The notes under the pieces were generated by a model. That model was not told the origin of the DNA and did no database searches. It was given only the letters and a program-made list of their open reading frames with translations. Below, piece by piece: positions 14,022 to 23,958 of a DNA stretch of 64,000 nucleotides (position 1 is its first letter; each line of letters opens with the position of its first letter). The translations under genes were made by a program, and so were the position numbers. This DNA is from Takakia lepidozioides (taxonomy: Eukaryota > Plantae > Bryophyta): assembly GCA_030704615.1 (NCBI GenBank), contig CM060731.1:31992001-32056000 (forward strand), read 5' to 3'.

Positions 14022-15770
14022 ACGGAAATACGGCGCCGCATTTCCGTATTGCATCTTGGTCATGCAACAGAGCGACGGAAATGCGGCACCGAGTTTCCGT
14101 CCGGGGGAAACCTTTATACTCTCCAGAACGGAAATGCGGTAACGCATTTCCATCCAGCAAGCACGGTATGTGAAGGTGGAACGGAAATGCGGTACCGCAT
14201 TTCCGTTCTGATTGAGATTTATGAACAACGGGAACAGAAATGCGGCACCGCATTTCCGTCCGAGTCGCACTTTTCGACATTCCAGAACGGAAATGCGGCG
14301 CCGCATTTCCATTTTGTATCTGATGCATGGAGCTGAGGGATAGAAATGCTGCAGCACATTTCCGTCCTTAAAAGACATTCATACTCTCGAGAACGGAAAT
14401 GCGGTACCGCATTTTCATTCAACAAGCACGGTATGTGAAGGTGGAACGGAAATGCGGTACCGCATTTCCGTTCTGATTGAGAATTATGAACAACGGGAAC
14501 AGAAATGCGGCACCGCATTTCCGTCCGAGTCGCACTTTTCGACATTCCATAAAGGAAATGCGGCGCCGCATTTCCATTTTGTATCTGATGCCTGGAGCCG
14601 AGTAAGATTCCGACAGCTTCATACAGCGCAATTCCGACCGGTTGAGACATTCACACTATCCAGAACGGAAATGCGGCACCGCATTTCCGTTCTGACTGAA
14701 AATCGTGAACTATCTGAACTGAAATGCGGCACCGTATTTCCATCCGAGTCGCACCTACCATCATTCCAGAACGGAAATGCGGCACCGCATTTCCGTTCTG
14801 ACTGAAAATCGTGAACCATCGGAACTGAAATGCGGCAACGTATTTCCATCCGAGTCGCACCTACCATCATTCCAGAACGGAAATGCGGTACCGCATTTCC
14901 GTTCTGACTGAAAATCGTGAACCATCGGAACTGAAATGCGGCAGCGCATTTCCATCCGAGTCGCACCTCCCAACATTCCAGAACGGAATGTATTAGATTT
15001 AAAAGGGAAATGCGGCACCGCATTTCCGTTCTGATGAAATATCCTGAAACATCGGAATTGAAATGCGGTACCGCATTTCCGTCGGAGTCCCACCATCCGA
15101 CATTCCAAAACGGAAATGCGGCACCGCATTTCCGTTTTGTATGTGAGGCATGGAGCTGTGGAACGAAAATGCGGGAAGGCATTTCCGCCAGCGTCAGACG
15201 TTAATACTCTACAGAACGGAAATGCGGTACCGCATTTCCATTCTGACTGAAAATCGTGCGCAACGGGTACAGAAATGCGGCACCGCATTTCCGTTCGAGT
15301 CGCACCTTCCGACATTCTCGAACGGAAATGCGGCGCCGCATTTCCGTTTTGTATATTCGGCCTGGAGCTGTGCTACGGAAATGTGTTGCCGCATTTCCAT
15401 CCATGTGAGACCTTCAACCTTTCCAGACCGGAAATGCGACACCGCATTTCTGTCCAGGTGAGACCTCTATACTTTCCCGAACGGAAATGTGGCACGGCAT
15501 TTCCATTCATCAACTAACGTATGTGAAGTGGGAACGGAAATGCGGCGCCGCATTTCCCTTCTGAATCTCATACATGGAGCTGTGGGACGGAAATGCGGCA
15601 CCGTATTTCCGTTCAACAACTAAGGTATGTGAAGGTGGAACGGAAATGCGGTGCCGCATTTTCTTCCAACAAGTACGGATGTGTAGCTTCGTGATGGTAC
15701 TTAACGGAAATGCGGCGCCGCATTCGCATTCTCGCTCCAACTCATCAGACGCTGGGACGGAAATGCCTTG
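14022..15770. repeat. Palindrome array 1: ~33 units of ACGGAAATGCGG-YR-CCGCATTTCCGT with a 53-bp period
   Basis: AAATG starts at 14026, 14079, 14132 ... 14556, then 14669 ... 14934, 15008 ... 15644, 15708 and 15761. The ~27-bp linkers fall into about 5 classes. Confidence 0.95.
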
Positions 15771-16161
15771 AAATGTGAACACGTGGAGCAACGGAATTGC
15801 TGCACATGTCGGCACTCTATCTGACTGAAGGGGCATGAGGCGGCGCGGCCTGACCGTTGGATAATGATGTTTGATTTTCGGACGGCAGGCGTACCCTCAA
15901 CGATTCGAATTTCGTAATGACGCAAACTCCACGAGGAGACACTTTCGTCCAACCTTTCGAACCCAAGTGGTGCATCACCGCCGTTTCATCTACTTTTGTC
16001 GTGTCTCCTCAGTCACCCCTCTCGCGCCCTTTCCATCTGCACTCTTTGCCCCTTTTCCCTCTCTCTGTTCTTCTTATGCTCGAACCTGAGAGGGGGGAGT
16101 TCGTGCACCAGACAGGAGACCTCGTCGCAAGCTCCGGAAATTATACTTCGGACGTAGGCCA

Positions 16162-19100
16162 ATGCCGAAGGGGAGGAAGCAGATGCGTCTACAGGAGGAG
16201 ATTGCCATCTCCGAGCAGCAGGCCACTCAGGCAACCCAGCCACCAGTGAGAGCTCCATGCGATCGGGCTGCGCGCAGCTGATCGAGCACCGAACCCCCCA
16301 TTTTGCTTCTGTAATTCTTAGACTGAATGCTAGGAGACTTGAATGCAGAACATGTTTGCATGCCTAACAGGAAAGGTGGACGTGCTGGAGGGATCGCAGG
16401 AATCCGAAGAGCCGCAGGAAGAGTCCGAGGAGCTAGCTGCAGCACGTACACCCACCCGATCCCCGAGCGCGGGTATTCCTGCCGGGCCTAGCCCTCTGCG
16501 ATTCAAAGACGCGTCTTCGAAGGGCAAGTTCAAAGTCTCAGAGATCGACTCGCGTTCTTCGATCATGGAGAATCGCCAGCAGGGGTCGGGCCCTTCTCCA
16601 GCAAAGTCGAAGAAGAAGCAGCCCGTCCCTCTACTGGCTTCTGAACCGGCTCAGGCCGATTCACCCCCCCCAACGCGAATGAAGCAGCAGGGTAGAAGAC
16701 AGATTCTATTGCAGCAGACACCTTCACCTGCAAGGATGAGGAAGCAGAAGGCAATCAGGGCGACGGGCGAACAATCTCCCGCAAAACCGCTTCCACGAGC
16801 TGAAGCTCAGTTCCTGGAGGATTTCCCGCCTGCAGATGTTGGGGCCGACTCTGCTGCAGCGAAGGCAATGGGATCGACCGTTGATCTCGATTTGGTACCG
16901 GAGGAGGGTGCTGCCGCTGAACGTTCGCAGGCAGACCTCACCACCGATGAGCTAGCAGGCCCGGAGGAGGCCTCTGCAATGGCAGAATTGCCCGCACACA
17001 GGCCCCAGAGTGCAGCTCCAGTTGAGGATGCTCCAGCTGCTCAGCCACTACCGGCACCTACAGACATGTCTCCGGAGGATTTCAAAAGTGCAGCGGATAA
17101 AATGTTGGAGGAGACACACAGTAGCATTGGCAGAGTTCTGGGCAGCAGGGTATTCCAGCGGACTCTTCGAATCCCACTCTGTCGCATGGTCTCCCTTCCC
17201 ATCGTCAGGCAGGCCCTTCCCGGAGATGTGGATAAGCTCAAGTTCGCATTTCGAGAAGGGTACCGTCTGGGATCGGCAGCGTTTTACGTTTCCATAGAGA
17301 ATGAGGACGGCGAAACCCGTGGACCCACTGCCGATGAATTGTCAACGTGGGATACCCACTGGCACACTCGCAACCACGAATTCGAGGCGACGCTGAAGGG
17401 TGATCCCGACTTCGGCCATATGTCGGGTAAAATGTTCTTTGTGTGGGACGGGAATCACCGACTTCTCGCCTGGTGGGAGTACATCAAGCAGAACCATGCC
17501 AAGCACATTGGCTGGCATTACATGGTGGAGTGTGTCATCCTCAAGGTGAAGGCGGCAGACTCCTCCCTGCTCAAGAATGCCATGGCGGACCTCAACTCGT
17601 AAGATACTCATACCCTCCCTAGCACATTCGAAATGCGGTGCCGCATTTCGGTTTCCATTCTGGTTTGATTCCGTGCTTCCGTGTACTGAACTGGAGAGTG
17701 TGCCTTGCAGGGTCACTGAGAATGCGTACGTGCATACCCACATGGCACATATGCTGTACAGGGTGAGGAAAACTGGTCTTACTGATCCGCAGATGTTTGC
17801 GGAAATGCTGGAGCCTGAGCTCATTCAGAAAGCCGTTGCAAAAACAGACCGGACATGGTATCGTCTCACTATGGATGGAATGGTGGAGGTGATATACGAA
17901 GTAAGTCGTGCTCCAATTTCCCTCTGCTCATCCTTCCCCAATTTCCAGTAATGTTTCCACATGAATCGAATGTAACGCTTCTGCATGTTTTTGTTGGCAG
18001 TCAAACATCAAGCTGGATTTGGCCCATGCCAAACGCTTCTTCATGGAAAGTGAGGGGCAGGTCAAAACGTTGCAGTCATTGACTGAGCACTTGAAGGAAG
18101 CCGGTGTCAAGTCCAGAACCAAATACAAGTCAAAGCTTGTGAAGCTGGTGGCAATTGCAGATCCGGCACTTGGAAAGGACTTCATCCCCGAGATTGCAAA
18201 ACACTATTCTCGGGCCATGCAGCCGACCATGCAATTGGAGAAACTGCATCACCTCTCAACGGCATGTGTGGAGGCGAAAGAGAAGGTGAGGTTTCAATGC
18301 ACTGAATTTCCTTCCTAGCAATAGCCACTCTCTTCCAGCCACTGACATTGGATCGGAAATGGCAGACACGGTGGCTGTCGATCTGGAATGCATCCGAGAG
18401 CATAAGGACAATGTGGTCTTTTCCACTGGAAGTTTCCGACCCTGCAGTGGATGTGTGGCTCAACCGTATGACTTGGTGGTTCCAGGTAATTCAAGGTACT
18501 TCCCCAGATTTGCTTTTCTGACATGAATTCCCTGAACTGCTACGTGACAATGCATTTGGGAATGGCAGGTAATGTCGAATGCGAAGGAGCAAGTCGTAAT
18601 GCACACAAATTCGTTCGGCTTGTACGTCAAATGGGATGGAACACAGACATTGGAAGACTACGTGACACGTTTCAGATGTGCGTACAAGGACAACCTTTTC
18701 GCCAGAGAGCTACAGACAGCAAGAAGGAGCGTGGAGTTTACACATCAGGAGGGAGCGGGGAAAGCTGCAATGCGAATTGTTTACAGGTGAAGCACAGCTG
18801 CCCTTGTATGCGAAGCCTGGTTACGAGGTTTGTCTCGGAAATGCGGCACCGCATTCGCATTTTATGTTTTCGGTGGCACTCTGCCAGTAGGTTGGTCTCA
18901 ACTTTTGCTCACGCATGCTGACTGCCTTGCAGGTATATGAAATACGTGCTCCTTCAGACAGGGGCCCTGGCTCAAGAGCCCCCGTTCTTCATGGCTTGGA
19001 CCGTGGCGGGCCCAAGCTGTGTCTACACACCCGAGATGCAGAAACAATGGCATCCCGCGCATCTCGTTGGATGCCCGTGGTACCTGGACATGTCTGGCGG

Positions 19101-21285
19101 TATTGTTGACGAGTCTGAGAAAGATCTGCACGCCTTGGCAGAAGAGAAGAGAAAGGAAAGACGTGTCCCTGCTGGGCCAAAGTCGGCAAAGGAATCTGCT
19201 GCTCTGGAAGAATCCAGAAAGGCAGCTGAGATGGCACAAAAGACGGTGGATGCAGCTGTGCAGGCCCAACAGAAGGGGTCGAAGAAGAGGACTCGCCAGC
19301 AAGGAGCAGCTGTTGTGACACCCGCCAAAACGAAGAAGCAGAAACAGCCTGTTCAGGAAGAGGGTGAGGAAGAGGACTCCGATGGAGACTTTGCAACCAG
19401 CCCACCCCCCAAACGCAGGCTGCCTCCCCTGTGCCCACCGTTGTCACGAGAGGCACGAGAACTGGCTCGGCAAAGAAGGCACTCTTCAACCCCCCAGGGG
19501 GGCACCCTTTCGAGCCGGTGGAAATGAAGAGGCCGAAAGTGGCTCCCGAAACTGTAGTCCAGTGTGTAAATGAGAGTTTCTTGGCGGCTTTGGATGGACG
19601 GGCAGCCAAGTTGGCATACATGAAGACCATGGAGGGTCTGAAGGGCAGAGCACTGAAGAAGGCGACTGCCGAAGAGCCTTCCGACACCCCAGGATTTCAG
19701 AATATGGTCTCGTTCTTTGAGAGGGTGTGTGCAGACAAGGATTGTAGGAGGGGCGGAAATGCCACCGAGTGGTCTTGCGATATGATCATCTTGGATATTC
19801 CGGACGGAGAGCCTGTGGAAGGACTGCAAGCTTTGCCATCTTGGAACAGGTACTCGGAGGACTTTTGGAAGAAAGGATTCGGGCTTGCCCGCATGGTGTT
19901 GGACGACAGAGGCTGTGTGGTTGTCCTGGCGAGCAGAGGAAAAAACACTCAGACAGGAATTGCGAAGTGGACCCGCAAGAGCGCCGTCCCGATTCTGAAA
20001 AAGAAGTGGACGTGCATCAACACACTGGGCCTTCGGTCGGAAGGGAAGAAGGTGATTACGACACTGGCACTCGTCCATTCATTTGCTTGGGTGCTTTCAA
20101 ATGCGGTGCCGCATTCGGTTTCTAATCGTTTTCCCCCTGTGTATGCAGACGAAGCAGTTCGATGCATACTGCTTTGTGAAGGAAAACTCCACCTTTGCTT
20201 TCCGGAAGGAGGGAGGAAAGGTTGACCCGAACTGCGACCCACTCGATTACGACGTTCTGTTCAACAACGTTCCCAAGGAACTTCTCCCTCATAGCCTCAC
20301 TTCAACGGAACCCCTGCGGTACTCACGGACTCGGAGCCCTGCCTTCATTCAGACAATTATGGAGACATGCACAGACGTGGAGGGCACAGTGCTCGACCTC
20401 ATCTGTGGGACAGGTATGCAGAATCTTGATCTCTGCTGTTCTGCAAATTCTCGTTAGGATGTAGTTCGCAACATCTGAAGCGCCATGTGGTAATGTGTGG
20501 ATGGCATTGTAACAGGTGCCTCAATGTGGGCTGGGCGGTTTTCCGACCGGCACCTCTTTGCCTACGAGGAGGATTCATCCGTGTGGGGATCCCATCTGGA
20601 GGGGCTGCAACGGAATGTGAAGGCTCCCGACAGAGCGGAAGTCTCCTCGGATTCGTCGGAGTCCGAGGAAGACACAGTGGACATTGATGCAGAGGAGAAC
20701 CCGGAATACGAGTGAGTGCAAACATTGTAAGTTTGCAAAGCCTTCTGGGTCATTTATGTCAAAGGAATTTCCCGACTGTGGTTCTCATTAGTCTCGTTGA
20801 TGATTGTCATGTGCAGGATTGCAGGGTCCGGGTCGAAACATGTAGGGCCTACACTTCCTGCCAGGAAGAATGTCCCGTTCTTTGCGAGGGCCGACTTCAT
20901 GACGAGCCCGGTGAGGGACTACTCCCTTCCTAGTTATGCAGCTAAACTCGCAAATACAGCGATTAGAAGAAGTGAGAATCCCAGTAAAGTAGAGCAGATT
21001 TTGGAGAGGGCTAGGGAGGACAGAAGGATAAGGAAAGAGTTGGCAGCAGCTCAGACAGGTAGACGGGTACGAAAGTACATATGTGATTCAGCGGATGAGA
21101 GCGACGCAGACAGGGAGGAAGACGACCCAACGGAGGTGAGATGGACAGTTCCGCAAGGGGAAGATGGGATTTTCGAAAGCCTGGCCAACGAGCAGTCCGC
21201 TGGAGATGAGAGAGGCACTGAGGGGGTGGAGGAGGAGCAGGACAGTCTAGAACAGGATGAGGATTCCGATGATTTTCAAGATTAA
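16162..21285 (+). CDS. Multi-exon MULE cargo gene: ParB/Srx-like domain plus beta-class N4/N6 DNA amino-methyltransferase-like domain, acidic tail
   Basis: ParB-like GKMFFVWDGNHRLLAW (core 17441-17461). MTase motif IV-like CDMIILDIPDG (~19794). After splicing, RSPAFIQTIMETCTDVEGTVLDLICGTG|ASMWAGRFSDRHLFAYEED matches the N6_N4_Mtase pattern KPxxLxxxLIxxxTxxGDxVLDPFxGSGTTxxAAxxxGRxxxGxExD. About 10 exons joined by GT-AG introns (e.g. 17599-17710, 17901-18000, 20414-20515). One 1-bp frameshift at ~19428. First exon and start are uncertain. Confidence 0.78.
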
Positions 21286-21419
21286 TAGAATTTTAATGAA
21301 GTCTCTGTAAATGTAAATTCTCTTCCACAGTATATAAAGAAAATTCTGCCCGACATTCGTGACCCCTCTCCAGTGTGCATTCCAGCCACACAATCGCCCA
21401 AACCAGGACGCTCCCAAAA

Positions 21420-22315
21420 TCAGAAATGGGTCAGGGCATTTCCAAAATTTTGGCAACTCTAAGAACCTCTTTTGGAAATGCGGCACCGCATTTCCAAAAC
21501 AGGGGAGGGACTAATTTTTCCATTTCAATGTTGGCATAGTAAAAAGTAATCTGAACTGGGAATGCGGTGCCGCATTTCCAAAATTTCCTTTGTCCACACG
21601 CCAGTTTTGGCCTCTCCCGCTCATTGCATGGATGCCACCACGCTTACAGAGGTCGAACAAGGAGGCCGACATGGCGGGATTGAAAATGCGGTGCCGCATT
21701 TCCATATTGGGGATGGTCGTTGTTCGAACTGCAGGCCCATCAGCAAAAATTGGCACCGCATTCCATTGTAAAAAAAAAGTCGATGACGGACATGGAAATG
21801 CGGCGCCGCATTTCCAGAACGGACATTGCAATTTGTCCATTTGCAGACCCTCTCTCGGAAATGCGGTAACGCATTCCATCGCGCTGGTCGGAAATAGGTG
21901 CACTTTTCGAAGTGTTGGACGGAAATGCGGCACCGCATTCCCTTGTCCAAAAAGAAGTTTCCATTGCCACGCTGGAAATGCGTCGCCGCATTTGCAATGC
22001 CAACCTCGTTTTCTGATCAATTTATAGACCCGTGTTGGTATTTCGTGTACCTGGACGGAAATGATGTACCGCATTTTCTTGTCCCACATGGAAATGCGGT
22101 GCCGCATTTCGATGTCCGACATGGAAATGCTGTGCCGCATTTCGATGCGGACATGGAAATGCGGCACCGCATTTCGATCCCGACATGGAAATGCGGCGCC
22201 GCATTTCGATCCCGACATGGAAATGCGGCGCCGCATTTCGATGCCGACATGGAAATGCGGCGCCGCATTTCGATGCCGACATGGAAATGCGGTGCCGCAT
22301 TTCAATGTCCGACAT
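21420..22315. repeat. Palindrome array 2: ~17 copies, ending in 7 tandem 32-33 bp units (GACATGGAAATGCGG-YR-CCGCATTTCGATGCC)
   Basis: Copies start at ~21424, 21476, 21560, 21684, 21746, 21796, 21859, 21923, 21976, 22059, 22092, 22125, 22157, 22189, 22221, 22253 and 22285. Confidence 0.93.
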
Positions 22316-22820
22316 GGCGTTACTCTGGTATATTCTTGACACATGACTCACATACCGGTTACTCTGCTTTATTCAACCGGACAGACAAATTGTAGAAATG
22401 AGACATCAAATTGTAAACAGTGGGCCAAATCCGAGAGTTATTCAACACAATGAAACACAGTCATACAGAAGTGAGGTACATTCCAGGGCACACTCCAGGG
22501 CACATTTAAATTTCCCCCGTACATGATCCTGGACCGATGAAGATTGGCTGCTGCATGAATGTAGCCGTTTCAGTTTCCTACCCTGCCATGCAAACTATGG
22601 GCACTCACTGCCAGGTGGGCCGATAGCCACTGGACACGACGAAGTCCATCCCCTCTTCGATGTAAATGCGGCGCCGAATTTCCATCCGGGGGGATGGACT
22701 TCGGTGGCAGATCTCAAACTATAACTTGTTGATGAGAAAGATGTATGGCTTCATCCACCGCTGCCGTGATGAACACGTTCCACCTCCGTCGGTGGGTACG
22801 TGTGACCCAGATGCTCCATT

Positions 22821-23495
22821 TTGGAGGCCGGACTGCTCTTCCGCTTCGTATCTTTTCCAAAATCTAAGGGCTTCGTAGCTGTCCGCAAGGTCATCGGCAT
22901 CCAAGTCGTCCTCAGGTCCTCCTTTGCAAGGATGCCGTGCTTCCGGAACCGGGACGACTGCCCCTTTGGAGGCATCGATTATGCAATGTATTCGGCCACA
23001 TCGGGAGACATTGTTATCTGGTACACAGATTACAGAGAAGATACTGGTTCGATTGTGGAAACATTGGTGGCTTTTGAGTATATCGTAGGCCACTACGCCT
23101 TCGAGCGGGGTGACGATCTTGGTCTGAGGAGTCCGTGGCTCCTGCGCATCCTCGATTCCGATTTTCCCAGCTACGACGGTCACCCATGCAGAAGAAGGCG
23201 CACTGCTATGCTGTTGCGGTGGAACTGCTGCCACTGGACGTGGGTGGACTCCATCGGAGAGACCTATTCTCCTCGAGGAGTGCGCTCCTCTTCTCCATTG
23301 TATGGGGACATTCGCATTGGTGTGGACGACGAAAACGTGAAGATTTCCATATTCGATGGTGGTATGATTGAAGGGCAGGACATTGTGGTGATCATCACTA
23401 GGGGCGGTACAACGGCTGCAATCGACTTTACATGGAGGAGCCCCATGACTCATGAGCTAGTTCTGAGAGCAGTCGAAGTCCCATTGACAACGTGA
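22821..23495 (+). CDS. Possible third MULE cargo ORF, unknown function (224 aa)
   Basis: Open frame with globular, beta-rich-looking composition between array 2 and the right TIR. No motif recognised, and an antisense ORF of similar length overlaps it. Confidence 0.35.
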   Translation: MEAGLLFRFVSFPKSKGFVAVRKVIGIQVVLRSSFARMPCFRNRDDCPFGGIDYAMYSATSGDIVIWYTDYREDTGSIVETLVAFEYIVGHYAFERGDDLGLRSPWLLRILDSDFPSYDGHPCRRRRTAMLLRWNCCHWTWVDSIGETYSPRGVRSSSPLYGDIRIGVDDENVKISIFDGGMIEGQDIVVIITRGGTTAAIDFTWRSPMTHELVLRAVEVPLTT

Positions 23496-23877
23496 CTTGT
23501 ATTCAGTAGGCACAGGGCTCAAGATTTGATGGCACAATCAGCACAGTAGACGTGCTTCAAATGCAATTCATGTGGATCAATAAAAACCTCATTGTGCCCT
23601 CTTTTTATTATATTCTGTGTCCATCGTTCCGCGAATGCGTCATTGCTCATTTCGTTTGGGATTGGGAGTGTGGGTGGATTTTGCAAATGGCTGGTAAGCT
23701 GAAATGGGCCCCCATTGTACAGAGCAGTACCACCCTACCATTCGCGAAACATTGCCTTTCAATATATAATTCTAAATAACATTGCCGAACCTCCTTCATC
23801 GGGAGGTCCTTCTCCCCCTATGACCGTGGCACCCTAAACCCTATTCCCGCGGACACTCATTTCCGGAAAATAGTGCT

Positions 23878-23958
23878 GCTCATGTTTTTTTCCACACTTA
23901 CGACTCTGCTCATGGCTCATGCCGCTCATGGCTCATGGCTCATGAAATAGCAGCCCCC
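23878..23958 (-). repeat. Right subterminal GCTCATG repeats and TIR of the MULE
   Basis: gctcatggctcatgccgctcatggctcatggctcatgaaatagcagccccc is the reverse-complement counterpart of the left end. Confidence 0.85.

Larger units (their letters stand above)
9137..23958. mobile_element. Mutator-like DNA transposon (MULE), 14,822 bp, with ParB-MTase cargo and palindrome arrays
   Basis: 9-bp TSD TTGGTAAGG at 9128-9136 and 23959-23967. Imperfect 21-bp TIRs: GAGGTTTACTATTTCATGAGC on the left, GGGGGCTGCTATTTCATGAGC (reverse complement) on the right. Contains a MULE DDE transposase. Confidence 0.93.

Noticed and set aside
14022-15770. True CRISPR array (palindromic repeat with constant-length spacers)
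   Set aside because: Spacers recur as about 5 related classes in higher-order blocks, no cas genes are present, and the context is a eukaryotic transposon with the same motif in introns.
13726-15952. Many overlapping ORFs with KCGAAF / GNAAPHF / MEMRRRIS peptides (also 21511-22395)
   Set aside because: They are translations of the stop-free palindrome in all six frames, not proteins.
16162-21285. Bacterial contamination as the source of the ParB and MTase motifs
   Set aside because: The gene has GT-AG introns, including one inside motif I, and lies in a TSD-bounded MULE nested in a plant retrotransposon.
21450-21478. Short similarity (RFLELP on the minus strand) between the MULE and the LTR-element 5' region at ~4505 and ~32605
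   Set aside because: Only about 20 bp with mismatches, which is compatible with chance.
23832-23843. Telomere-like CCCTAAACCCTA (also near 52815)
   Set aside because: Fewer than two full units; such telo-box-sized matches are common and nothing else supports a role.
23935-23958. ATG at 23935 as the native start of the 835-aa ORF
   Set aside because: The first 8 codons come from the MULE's terminal repeats; the native N-terminus lay left of 9136.
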